64,000 nt of DNA. Origin: Candidatus Saccharimonadales bacterium (GTDB lineage: Bacteria > Patescibacteriota > Saccharimonadia > Saccharimonadales > EFPC-124). The translations under genes were made by a program, and so were the position numbers. Every line of letters begins with the position of its first letter. The first letter of the stretch is position 1. The stretch lies in the NCBI GenBank assembly GCA_035457485.1, contig DATIBO010000006.1, positions 178,659 through 242,658 on the forward strand, in the 5' to 3' direction. The notes beneath the pieces were generated by a model. The model worked only from the letters and a program-made list of their open reading frames with translations. It did no database searches and was not told where the DNA came from. Below are positions 18,201 through 27,004 of the stretch, piece after piece.

Positions 18201-18752
18201 ATGGCAACTGCAAGCTCATCAGTAGTAAAAACGGAGCGCACAGCCCTGGTTGTTCAGGGTATTTTGGCGATCTTGTTTGGTCTTTTTGCTGTATTTTGGC
18301 CTGGCATGACTGCAATAACATTAATCTACTTGTTCTCGGCCTTCTTGGTTATTGATGGAATCGTAGTAATGATCCTTGGCTTGATTAGCATGAGTAAGTT
18401 TGGCAAGGCGCTGCTTTTACTGTTGCTTGGTCTTCTGGAACTTGGAATCGGTTTATTCTTAATTAATAATCCGCTGATTACATTCGCTACCCTTGTTTTA
18501 GTGCTTGGATTCTCGCTTATTTTGCGCGGATTATTCAGTTTTGTCGGTGCGTTTGTGCACAAAGAAAACGCTTATTCGACTCGCATGCTTCACGGAATTC
18601 TCGGAGTTCTAGGAGTAGTTGTTGGTTTGATCGTTCTGTTCTGGCCGGCTGCTAGCGGTTTGGCTTTCGTTTGGATTCTAGGTTTATACGCGCTTGTCGC
18701 AGGGCCAATACTAATCGCTGCTTCGTTCGATTTGGCAAAATTAAGCAAATAA
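18201..18752 (+). CDS. HdeD/DUF308-family membrane protein
   Basis: 183 aa, 6 TM helices. GILAILFGLFAVFWPGMTAITLIYLFSAFLVIDGI pattern. Confidence 0.65.
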   Translation: MATASSSVVKTERTALVVQGILAILFGLFAVFWPGMTAITLIYLFSAFLVIDGIVVMILGLISMSKFGKALLLLLLGLLELGIGLFLINNPLITFATLVLVLGFSLILRGLFSFVGAFVHKENAYSTRMLHGILGVLGVVVGLIVLFWPAASGLAFVWILGLYALVAGPILIAASFDLAKLSK

Positions 18753-18759
18753 CAAATCT

Positions 18760-18790
18760 GACCGCTCGGCAAAACTGGGCGGTCTTTTTA
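18760..18790 (+). terminator. Intrinsic terminator
   Basis: gaccgc...gcggtc stem followed by ttttt. Confidence 0.55.
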
Positions 18791-18795
18791 AACTT

Positions 18796-19977
18796 ATGAC
18801 ACAAAAGACTAAGACTCACCCCCATTCGGCGCTTGACGGTTGGCGCATTTTTGGTTCAACGCTTTTTGCAACCTTGGCGATAATTAGCTTGCTCGGTTAT
18901 TTATTAACTCGCTGGACTCATAATTATTTATTAAACACCGAAAAATTTACAAATATTGCCAGCCAACTTCCTAAAAAACCTGAGGTTGTCGCTGCTTTAA
19001 GCAAATTTAGCACACAAAAACTTTTCGAAGCTATTAACGCTCAAGCATTGATTGCTGATTCTTTACCCGATAAGGCTAAGTTTTTAGCCGCACCGCTTGC
19101 AACCCAGTTACAAACTACAGCTACAAGCTTAGCCACAAATATCATAAGTAGCGAGCAGTTTGAAACGGCATGGCTGTTTATCGTCGGTAATGCCCACGCC
19201 GAGTTTATAAAAGTCGTAACAGCACCTCCGTTAGAAGTGACTAATGATCAGATTAGTAATGTTGGATTGCAGCTAGGGGATGTTATTCGTAATGTTGCTG
19301 GTCAACTTGGTCGCGAAGACATTGGAATGGCGGCCGATCAAACAATCGGTAATGCAACCGAGGTAACTATTAACTTAAGATCTCAAATTGATCTAATCAG
19401 GCAAGCTGTAGCGGCAGTAAATTACCTGTACGCAATTTTACCGTTGGTGGCGTTAACCTTGGCACTAGCTGCGATTTGGCTAAGTCATCATATGAGTCGC
19501 GCAATTTTAGCTATGAGTATCGCAGGGTTACTTGTAGTAGGGCTTGTAATGGTCGCGCTCAAAGCTGCAAAGTCTGAATTTGTCATGCGACTTCAGGACG
19601 CAACTTATCAGTCGGCGCTGGCAGTGTCGTGGGATGTGATTACAGAAGGCTTAGTTCGAATGTTTGTGGTCTCGGCGGTGATTTTGTTTGCAACAATGCT
19701 CTTAGCAATTTTGTTTGGTCCATACGAATTCGCCGGCAAACTGCGCAAGCTTATGTACCTAGAAAAAATCGGGCATACAAGATTTGGTGAAACATTCGAA
19801 AAATCAAGGACATTTGTTAAGAAGTATATACTCGTAGCCTGCGTTGGCGCAGCAGCTGTTGCAATTGCAGTTTTACTTATAGTGCAACAAATTACTTGGG
19901 TTACAGTAATACAAACGCTTCTCGCTTGGATCAGTTTTTGTATCTTACTAGCGATTTACGTTAAGCGGCCAGATTAG
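18796..19977 (+). CDS. Hypothetical polytopic membrane protein
   Basis: 393 aa. One N-terminal TM helix, a large loop, and about 5 C-terminal TM helices. Confidence 0.5.
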   Translation: MTQKTKTHPHSALDGWRIFGSTLFATLAIISLLGYLLTRWTHNYLLNTEKFTNIASQLPKKPEVVAALSKFSTQKLFEAINAQALIADSLPDKAKFLAAPLATQLQTTATSLATNIISSEQFETAWLFIVGNAHAEFIKVVTAPPLEVTNDQISNVGLQLGDVIRNVAGQLGREDIGMAADQTIGNATEVTINLRSQIDLIRQAVAAVNYLYAILPLVALTLALAAIWLSHHMSRAILAMSIAGLLVVGLVMVALKAAKSEFVMRLQDATYQSALAVSWDVITEGLVRMFVVSAVILFATMLLAILFGPYEFAGKLRKLMYLEKIGHTRFGETFEKSRTFVKKYILVACVGAAAVAIAVLLIVQQITWVTVIQTLLAWISFCILLAIYVKRPD

Positions 19978-20297
19978 TTGTTGACGCGACCTAAAACTAC
20001 AAAAAGTGCCAAACCAAAACCGATAATCAGCGAAATTATGCTGGCAATAGGCGCTACGGCGTAGGACGTTAGCCCGACGATCAAAAGGTATATCAGTGTA
20101 ACGTTAACCCTTGTACTAACTCTGTTTTTAAGCACGAAAGTCATTAGAATCAGTAATATAAGTAAAACTGCAAAAGGTAAGATGTTCACCGCTACGTCAC
20201 TCAAATAATTAGCGGTTGAATTTACCATCTCGCTGGACTCTTGGATTTGTTCAACTTCTTCATGAGGAACTCCAGAATCGTGCGCAAGATTTGTCAT
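19974..20297 (-). CDS. Hypothetical small membrane protein
   Basis: 107 aa, 3 TM helices. Confidence 0.4.
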   Translation of the reverse strand: MTNLAHDSGVPHEEVEQIQESSEMVNSTANYLSDVAVNILPFAVLLILLILMTFVLKNRVSTRVNVTLIYLLIVGLTSYAVAPIASIISLIIGFGLALFVVLGRVNN

Positions 20298-20309
20298 GTA
20301 CTAATTGTA

Positions 20310-21947
20310 CTACGCCGGTTCAATGGGAGGTAGTTCGTCGTGGTTTTTAAAAGGGGACTCTTTAATAAACAAGCTGATTATGGCTGCGACCGCCATCACT
20401 ACTGCCGAAATCACAAAGATCTGAGTGATTGATCCGGCAAGCGCAGTTTGCAAGGTAGTTACGAAGCTCGAGAAGGCGCTTGCGGCGGCTTGACGAATCG
20501 GCTCTGGTAGTTCGGCAAAGTTGCCAGTAATAATCGCCTGTGAATTTAGTACGCCCTGAACGGCGTTTATATCAAAGTTCTTGAACATCTCGCCGAATCC
20601 ACTTTGGTTGGCAATGGCTACGAACGGCTCATTTTGAATATTGCTAAGTTTTTGAGTTAGCGCGTTGTTCATAACTCCACCTAAAATTGCTAAACCTACA
20701 GTGCTACCTATATTGCGGAATAGCTGAACGGCACTACTAGCCACGCCTAAATCTTTTTGTTCGGCGGAATTTTGTGCGATTAAGTTGAAGAGGGGCATCG
20801 ACATACCAAGGCCAACACCAGTCAAAGTCATTCGCCATAACAGATCCCAATAACCACTAGCAGCCGTTAGGGTAGATAAAGTCCAAACGCCGATAGTTGC
20901 GAGTGCCAACCCACCAATAACAAACACCTTATACTTACCAGTTTTGTTAACAATTTGACCTACGACAATGCTGCCGGCAGTCAAAGACACGATCATTGGG
21001 AGTAAAATTATTCCGGAATTTGTAGCGCTAAAATTCAAGATTTGCTGCGCGAAGGTTGGAATGTAAATGATTGCACCAAAGAATGCCATTCCAAATAACA
21101 GCATCAAAACACAAACTAGGGCAAAAGTTTTGTTAGCAAAAAGGTGCAACGGGATAATCGGCTCCTTGGCCTTTTTTTCTGCCCAAATAAACAGGCCACC
21201 AGTTACCGCTGCTCCTACGAATAAGCCGATTGTTTGCAAGGAATTCCAAGCCCAGCCTTCTGTTCCGCCCAGTGAACAAGCGAGTACTAAACAGCCAAGC
21301 GAAAGGCTAAGTAAAACTGCACCTAAGTAATCAATTACAACTTTTTTAGCTTTGTTCACAAAAGTTGGCAGGTATCTTGCGATCAAGGCAAAAGCGATCG
21401 CGCCAAGTGGAACGTTGATAAAGAAAGCCCATCGCCAGTCGGTTGTAAACCACAAAAATGGATTGCCATCTGTTAGGTATCCACCCAAAAGCGGACCAAC
21501 TAAAGACGATAAACCGAATACGGCCCCGATAATTCCCTGCCACTTGCCGCGTTCGCGCATGTTAAATAAGTCGCCGATCACGGTGAATGCATTAGCAAAT
21601 AAAATACCACCACCGATACCTTGCAGAGCTCGGAGAGCGATTAGCTGTTCAATGTTTTGTGAAATCCCACAAAGTAAACTTGCAACTACAAAGATAATTA
21701 CGCCACTTAGTAAGAGCTTGCGACGACCGTATAAGTCTGATAGTTTTCCGGCGATTGGCACGGCGATCGTAGAAGCTAATAAATAAGCAGTGACAACCCA
21801 GCTAAGCTCTTTGAGGGCGTTAAATTCGCTTAAAATCTTTGGTAGGGCGGTGCCAACAATTGTTTGGTCAAGCGCCGCCAAAAACATGCCGGTCATTACT
21901 GCGGCCATAATAATTATCTTTTGCTTTTGTTCAAGATGTTGTAACAT
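20310..21947 (-). CDS. MFS transporter, DHA2 (EmrB/QacA-like, 14-TM) family
   Basis: 545 aa. LDQTIVGTALP, GKLSDLYGRRKLL and roughly 14 TM helices. Confidence 0.8.
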   Translation of the reverse strand: MLQHLEQKQKIIIMAAVMTGMFLAALDQTIVGTALPKILSEFNALKELSWVVTAYLLASTIAVPIAGKLSDLYGRRKLLLSGVIIFVVASLLCGISQNIEQLIALRALQGIGGGILFANAFTVIGDLFNMRERGKWQGIIGAVFGLSSLVGPLLGGYLTDGNPFLWFTTDWRWAFFINVPLGAIAFALIARYLPTFVNKAKKVVIDYLGAVLLSLSLGCLVLACSLGGTEGWAWNSLQTIGLFVGAAVTGGLFIWAEKKAKEPIIPLHLFANKTFALVCVLMLLFGMAFFGAIIYIPTFAQQILNFSATNSGIILLPMIVSLTAGSIVVGQIVNKTGKYKVFVIGGLALATIGVWTLSTLTAASGYWDLLWRMTLTGVGLGMSMPLFNLIAQNSAEQKDLGVASSAVQLFRNIGSTVGLAILGGVMNNALTQKLSNIQNEPFVAIANQSGFGEMFKNFDINAVQGVLNSQAIITGNFAELPEPIRQAAASAFSSFVTTLQTALAGSITQIFVISAVVMAVAAIISLFIKESPFKNHDELPPIEPA

Positions 21948-22192
21948 TAGTTTTCCTTTTTGCTTTGCTCAACTGCTGTTTTAATTGTTTCTAATCTGGT
22001 CGTTGCTTGATTTATGAATGTCTCAAAGCTGCTAACGGGGCACACACCTAACATACCTCGGTCTTTTAAACCAATTATAATCAGCTTGTCGCCAGTTTGG
22101 ATGTTTAGTGCTTCGCGTGCTTCTTGTGGAATCACGATTTGGCCTTTTGTTCCAACTGTTGCTGAACCATAAAATGAGCATTCATTTGTCAT
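21947..22192 (-). CDS. AbrB/MazE/SpoVT-type DNA-binding protein
   Basis: GQIVIPQEAREALNIQTGDKLII swapped-hairpin motif. 1-nt overlap with the MFS start. Confidence 0.7.
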   Translation of the reverse strand: MTNECSFYGSATVGTKGQIVIPQEAREALNIQTGDKLIIIGLKDRGMLGVCPVSSFETFINQATTRLETIKTAVEQSKKEN

Positions 22193-22249
22193 AGCTTACC
22201 TAGTAGTACTTGTATAACTAGTAATACTAGCATTCTAGTAAGCGCACGT

Positions 22250-22669
22250 CTAGTGTCTTTGGCAGTTTTCGCAATAACCAGACAGTTCCACCGAGTGGCT
22301 AACAGTTAAAAAATTATGCTTTTTGCCGAGCGTTGCAAGTGCTGATTCGAGTTCGCTGCTTGTAATATCGATCGTGCGTCCGCAATTTTGACAGACGGCA
22401 TGATGGTGGTGTGGCGTAAAGATCTCACTAAGCTCAATCTGATTTTTAAAACCGTGCCAAATCCGGTTAACGACTCCAAGTTTTTCGTAAAGCTCTATGG
22501 TGCGATAAATTGTTGCACGATCGACATCGTCCTGTAGTTTGCGGGCAAGTTTACCAACACTAATCGGTGAGTTATTAAGTAGTCCTACAAAAACGGCAAT
22601 TCGTTTTTTTGTAGCACTCGATCCTGCGGCCTTTAGTGTTTGTTTTAGCTTGGCTATTCCGTTATCCAT
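22250..22669 (-). CDS. Fur-family metal-responsive repressor
   Basis: wHTH region, then HHHHAVCQNCG...CENCQ metal-site motifs. Confidence 0.75.
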   Translation of the reverse strand: MDNGIAKLKQTLKAAGSSATKKRIAVFVGLLNNSPISVGKLARKLQDDVDRATIYRTIELYEKLGVVNRIWHGFKNQIELSEIFTPHHHHAVCQNCGRTIDITSSELESALATLGKKHNFLTVSHSVELSGYCENCQRH

Positions 22670-22750
22670 ATTAATTTATTGTATGCATTTTGCGACTTTA
22701 TTGCAAAATCAAAACTTCATATTGCTAATCAGTCCTGTATAATTTTATGT

Positions 22751-23149
22751 ATGACGCACGAACCAACTGGGGTAAAATCAAAACACAAGATTGTTATGGT
22801 CACTGTTGCGATATTGTTCTTGCTTTTGGCTCTGGCAGCCGGTTTCTTTTTTTGGAAATGGCTACAACTTAAAAATAACCCCGAGCAAACTAACGAAAAT
22901 ACGTCGCAGCAAATTATTAGGGAAGTTAGTAATATTTTTGAATTACCGACAAACGAAGAGCCCACGGTGGCTAAAATTCAGGACAAAGACAAACTCAGGC
23001 AGCAGCAATTTTTTGATGGTGCCCAAAATGGGGATTTTATTTTGATTTATTCGGATAGAAAGTTAGCATTACTATACCGACAAGAAACAAAAAAGCTGAT
23101 TAATGTTGGCCCAATCTCTATGTCCGAAACCACGACTCCTATTGAATAA
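22751..23149 (+). CDS. Hypothetical membrane-anchored protein
   Basis: The track ORF starts at 22679. The first plausible ATG is 22751 (MTHEPTG...), followed by one TM helix. Confidence 0.45.
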   Translation: MTHEPTGVKSKHKIVMVTVAILFLLLALAAGFFFWKWLQLKNNPEQTNENTSQQIIREVSNIFELPTNEEPTVAKIQDKDKLRQQQFFDGAQNGDFILIYSDRKLALLYRQETKKLINVGPISMSETTTPIE

Positions 23150-23159
23150 ACTAGTGTTT

Positions 23160-23187
23160 TTTACAATATGCCAGCACTATATATAGT
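23160..23187 (+). promoter_or_regulatory. Putative sigma70-like promoter
   Basis: TTTACA (23160-23165), 16-nt spacer, TATAGT (23182-23187). Confidence 0.35.
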
Positions 23188-23350
23188 GTTAGAATTAACT
23201 AGGAATTAATTAAAAACTAAATGCTTTTGTTTGGAAGTACGTGAAATTCGTACGCTGTGCCGCAACGGTAAGGTCAAGCCAAGCCCGATACAAACAAAAA
23301 GCTATATATCCCGAGCAGGAACCAAAAGTATTTTTGAATTACTTTAAATA

Positions 23351-23375
23351 CCTGCCCGGGTGGCAGGATTTTTTG
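23351..23375 (+). terminator. Intrinsic-terminator-like hairpin overlapping the annotated start of the 529-aa ORF
   Basis: cctgcc-cgggt-ggcagg followed by attttttg. Confidence 0.55.
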
Positions 23376-24949
23376 TGATCAGTGTAGAGGATATTCGGCA
23401 GCGTAATTATCGGGAGTATTTAGCCCAGTTAGAGGCTGATCCTGAGATTGCGCCAAAGGCTGATCGCGCAGATTATGTTCACGCTGACAAGTTAGATGCC
23501 GCCAGATTAATCGCCGAGCACGGTGGCGAGATTGATGACGAGCTTCTTGATTTTTTACTCACTCAAACTGCCACGCAAACAATTGAATCGCTAGGAGCTT
23601 TTGATAGTCAGGTAGAAATTGAGTTTGATGGCAATGATCTGATCAGTTTTGGCGAGCGTGAGAGTATTACACGGAGGCGCTCTGTTCTGGCCGCGTTTGC
23701 GCTTAAAAATGCTAACCCCGAAATGGCATTTTATGCTGATCGCACTTTGGCCGAGAATTACAATAAAATTGCCGAAAATCAAATGATGTATCATGATCCA
23801 ATTGGTTCGGCTAAGTTTCTCATTTCGCCGGCCGAAATGGAAAATGTTAGATTATCCCAGTCGCTGGGGATGTTTCCAGGCCGAGAGATGGCGATTATGC
23901 AAATTTCGTGGAAGAAATCCGCCAACAGAATGGCGCTGCGCTGCGTCTCGTTGGATCGAGCCAACCTGGATATTGTAGGAACCCACCTGAAAGATCAAGA
24001 GATGGAGGTACCTGAAGGCGCCAAGGCTCAGGATTTCATCTCTTTTGTCAAAGATCTTCATTTTGAAAACCAAGAACAGATGGACGCTTTTGTGAAGATG
24101 ATCGTTGATAATCATGATGAGATGGTTTTAGAGCAATATGGTATTGAAACTAAACAAGGCGTTACGGCTAATGATTCGCGCAATTTGCAGCTAAGTCTAA
24201 ACGATTTACTAAATACAGATGCTGGTCGACTACTGTTGAATCGCAAAATTAAAATGGATAAGACAATTAGCGAGCATATTTCTCAGCGCAAACCTTTGGG
24301 GCTGGGGCTTAGGCACTTGGCTCAGCAGGCTATGCAAAAATTTAAATCCAACGGCAAGCCGTTACTTAACATGCAAGATCGGCATAATATGACTCGGCTT
24401 TTGGCCGCGAGTTTTGTAAGCGTGGACGACGAGGGGCATTTGTCGGCGATAGAAAACCTAATTTACATCCACAGTAGTGCTGCCGAAGAAAGTTACCGTA
24501 AATATCTAGCTGGCGATAAAAAAGCAATGAACTGGATGTTGTCTGAGGAACTTGGTTTTTCGGATTCGGTAGATGCGATAAATTCTGGAACAGAGGCGAT
24601 TGAGCAAGGTCGCGGCGCCGAGGCTTGCGGTGAGGCGTCGAGTTTAGGCGAAGACGGAGTGGACCCAGATGCGCCCCTTTGGGAAAAATATGGCTGGAAA
24701 GATTTGCAATTTGGTGAATGTATTGGTTGTGGCGAAGAAGATTTGGTTGGTCCGTGTTCAGCTTGTAATAAGTGCGATGCCGAAGATCGTAGACGGCCTG
24801 GTGATCTTAGTGCTAAAGTCACTCTTCGCCAAGCTGAGTTGCGACGTAAAAAGGCTGCCGAGCAGCGCAAAGCTCGGCAGAATCGCGAGAAGTCTGCACG
24901 ACAAAAGCGCAAAATTGGCAGAAAAGTTTTGATTGGCGCAAAACTTTAG
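23360..24949 (+). CDS. Orphan 529-aa protein with a C-terminal Cys cluster and polybasic tail
   Basis: Long uninterrupted ORF. C-terminus CIGCGEEDLVGPCSACNKC, then RRKKAAEQRKARQNREKSARQKRKIGRK. The start is ambiguous (GTG 23360 or GTG 23375). Confidence 0.55.
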   Translation: MAGFFVISVEDIRQRNYREYLAQLEADPEIAPKADRADYVHADKLDAARLIAEHGGEIDDELLDFLLTQTATQTIESLGAFDSQVEIEFDGNDLISFGERESITRRRSVLAAFALKNANPEMAFYADRTLAENYNKIAENQMMYHDPIGSAKFLISPAEMENVRLSQSLGMFPGREMAIMQISWKKSANRMALRCVSLDRANLDIVGTHLKDQEMEVPEGAKAQDFISFVKDLHFENQEQMDAFVKMIVDNHDEMVLEQYGIETKQGVTANDSRNLQLSLNDLLNTDAGRLLLNRKIKMDKTISEHISQRKPLGLGLRHLAQQAMQKFKSNGKPLLNMQDRHNMTRLLAASFVSVDDEGHLSAIENLIYIHSSAAEESYRKYLAGDKKAMNWMLSEELGFSDSVDAINSGTEAIEQGRGAEACGEASSLGEDGVDPDAPLWEKYGWKDLQFGECIGCGEEDLVGPCSACNKCDAEDRRRPGDLSAKVTLRQAELRRKKAAEQRKARQNREKSARQKRKIGRKVLIGAKL

Positions 24950-24983
24950 CTGGTAGTTAAAGCGTTAGCGCGTTATACTAGGG

Positions 24984-25913
24984 GTGATGATTCGCTACTA
25001 CTACAAAAATTTGCGAGCTGGCCAAGTGCGAGAGCAAGACAGTTATCATCCGGGTAGCTGGGTTTATGTTGAATCGCCCACAGAAGACGAAATTGATGAT
25101 TTAGTGAAGCGTTTTAAGCTCGATAAAGGTCATATTGAGGATGCACTTGATCCTGATGAGATGCCGCGGCTCGAGAAAGAGGGCAGTCTTACATATATTT
25201 TTGTTCGCTACGCCTATGCAAACGAATCGCGCGAACTTACAACGGCACCGCTACTTTTTATTGTTGGATCTGATCTGCTAATTACTATTAGCACGGGGCC
25301 AATTCCACGCCTGGCAAAGTATATAGAGGGTAAATTGGATTTTGCCACGACTCAACGTACGCGCTTAGTTCTGTTGATCCTAGATCAAATTGTCGATCAA
25401 TACGATATTTTAATTAATAAAATCGGCAGACAAATCGGTGTTGTGCGTTCACGCCTGAAGGGTAAAACTATCGGTAACCGTGACTTTATTGATTTTGTGA
25501 TGATCGAAGACGAGTTGAACGAATTCTTGGCGGCACTTCAGCCTACTACTGCAATTTTGCGTCGACTTTTGTTAGGCCGGCACATTCAACTTTATGAGCA
25601 AGACCAAGATTTGGTAGAGGATTTACTACTTAGTAACGAGCAGTCTATAGAAGGGTGTCGCGTGCACGTTAAGTCGATCGTTAACATTCGCGAGGCTTAC
25701 ACAACTATTAGCTCTAATAACCTTAACCAAACAATGAAGCTTTTAACGGCGGCCACTGTTTTAATTACTTTGCCGAATGTAATTTTTGGAATGTATGGCA
25801 TGAACGTGCCACTGCCTTTTCAGCACGAACCGTGGATTTTTGCGGCAATTATTGTGGTGAGTATTGTTATATTGTTTGGCGCGCTAAATATTATTCGCAA
25901 GCGCTTATACTAA
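24984..25913 (+). CDS. corA: CorA-family magnesium/cobalt transporter
   Basis: C-terminal FGMYGMNV (YGMN) motif between two TM helices; 309 aa. Confidence 0.8.
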   Translation: MMIRYYYKNLRAGQVREQDSYHPGSWVYVESPTEDEIDDLVKRFKLDKGHIEDALDPDEMPRLEKEGSLTYIFVRYAYANESRELTTAPLLFIVGSDLLITISTGPIPRLAKYIEGKLDFATTQRTRLVLLILDQIVDQYDILINKIGRQIGVVRSRLKGKTIGNRDFIDFVMIEDELNEFLAALQPTTAILRRLLLGRHIQLYEQDQDLVEDLLLSNEQSIEGCRVHVKSIVNIREAYTTISSNNLNQTMKLLTAATVLITLPNVIFGMYGMNVPLPFQHEPWIFAAIIVVSIVILFGALNIIRKRLY

Positions 25914-26265
25914 ATATTTTAGGTGTCACCTCTGGGCTTTCAGCTCCCGTTATTTAAGCACTTATGCTTGACCCGCAACCCAACATACTATACCTTAGTG
26001 GTTGTGCGTTTTATTAGGCGGCCTTCTAATGGTTATTGTCCAAAAAACTAGCGTGTGCGCGTCGGCGCATATGCGAAACACACAAATAACAAGCACATAA
26101 GTTTGCTTTGCAGTTTGGCCCAAAAGTCACCCGGCAAAATTCAGCAACTTGTGTGGAGGAGCAGAACATGCCAATTGACATCCGCATGGTCCCTACACGG
26201 GCCCGCAAAGTTGCGGTGGAGATTGTACCAGCTAGCTGGCAAGATTACTTGTTGCACTAGCAATT

Positions 26266-26291
26266 AAAAACCCCGAGATTTCGGGGTTTTT
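26266..26291. terminator. Bidirectional intrinsic terminator
   Basis: aaaaa-ccccga-gatt-tcgggg-ttttt. Confidence 0.75.
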
Positions 26292-26295
26292 AATT

Positions 26296-26982
26296 TTATT
26301 GTTGAGGCTGCTGCTCTGCTGGGTAAGCTGCGTTTACAGCATCGCTTATGAGCTTTGTTAGGGCTTCAGGGTCGGTCGAGTCGCTCTCGCTGACTTTTAC
26401 GCCATTCAAAACGAATGTTGGGGTAGAGTTTGCGCCGTAAAGCTCGGCTGTACTTCGGTCGCGGGCAATCTTGGCGCTTATGTCTGCGCTTTTTAGATCT
26501 GCGTTAAATTTATTTATATCTAAGCCAAGTTGTGCTGCTAGGTTTTCAAAAAATGCCGTGCGTTGAGCTGTATTGGCTTTTACCCAACTATCCTGACTAC
26601 TATAAAGTAGGTCAAACATCGCAAAGTATTGTCCTTGCAAGCCAGCCGCTTCGGCAGCGGTAGCCGCAGCTAGAGCATTAGGGTGAATTGTTGTTAATGG
26701 TCGGTTTCTAAAAATAAAAGTTAATTTATCTGGGTAGGTTGCCTCAAGTTCTTTTATAGTAGGATACATACGAGCACAGGCGGGGCACTGGTAGTCTCCG
26801 TACTCAATTAAAACTACTTTCTGATCTTCGGTACCTGCAAAGTGATCGGCGATCGGCCCATCGTAAATAATTTTACTAGCATCACCTGTAAAATCGGGAG
26901 TTTCGCTCCGGTTGAACCAAATTAAGCCTCCAAAAACGGCAAGTACAATTACTGAAAAAATAATCCATTTCGTTTTATCCAT
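26296..26982 (-). CDS. DsbA-like thioredoxin-fold thiol:disulfide oxidoreductase, membrane-anchored
   Basis: CPAC active site (YGDYQCPACARMYP). I trimmed the start to ATG 26982 (MDKTKWIIFSVIVLAVFGG); 27006 is an alternative. Confidence 0.75.
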   Translation of the reverse strand: MDKTKWIIFSVIVLAVFGGLIWFNRSETPDFTGDASKIIYDGPIADHFAGTEDQKVVLIEYGDYQCPACARMYPTIKELEATYPDKLTFIFRNRPLTTIHPNALAAATAAEAAGLQGQYFAMFDLLYSSQDSWVKANTAQRTAFFENLAAQLGLDINKFNADLKSADISAKIARDRSTAELYGANSTPTFVLNGVKVSESDSTDPEALTKLISDAVNAAYPAEQQPQQ

Positions 26983-27004
26983 GCATACATCATACAATAG
27001 ATGC

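Noticed and set aside
21067-21786. 87-aa and 144-aa plus-strand ORFs, plus 65-aa minus ORF 21346..21543
   Set aside because: They lie inside or antisense to the MFS transporter gene, which has clear family motifs.
23195-23350. SRP RNA guess for the leader upstream of the 529-aa ORF
   Set aside because: AGCAGGAA and GGTCAAGCC fragments occur, but not in a hairpin with a GNRA tetraloop. The spacing is incompatible with helix 8.
24493-24912. 139-aa minus-strand ORF
   Set aside because: It is antisense to the C-terminal basic-tail region of the 529-aa ORF, and its Arg/Ser-rich translation reflects the Lys/Arg codons opposite.
25914-26295. Possible RNase P RNA, tmRNA, SRP RNA or 6S RNA in the long corA/dsbA spacer
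   Set aside because: I looked on both strands for GGAAAGUCCGG / ACAGAAxxCGGCUUA (RNase P), a tRNA-like GGTTCGAxTCC...CCA end (tmRNA) and the GGAA-loop AGCAGCC helix-8 core (SRP), and none is present. A faint AAAAGTCACCCGG similarity is not enough. I kept it only as an unassigned candidate.
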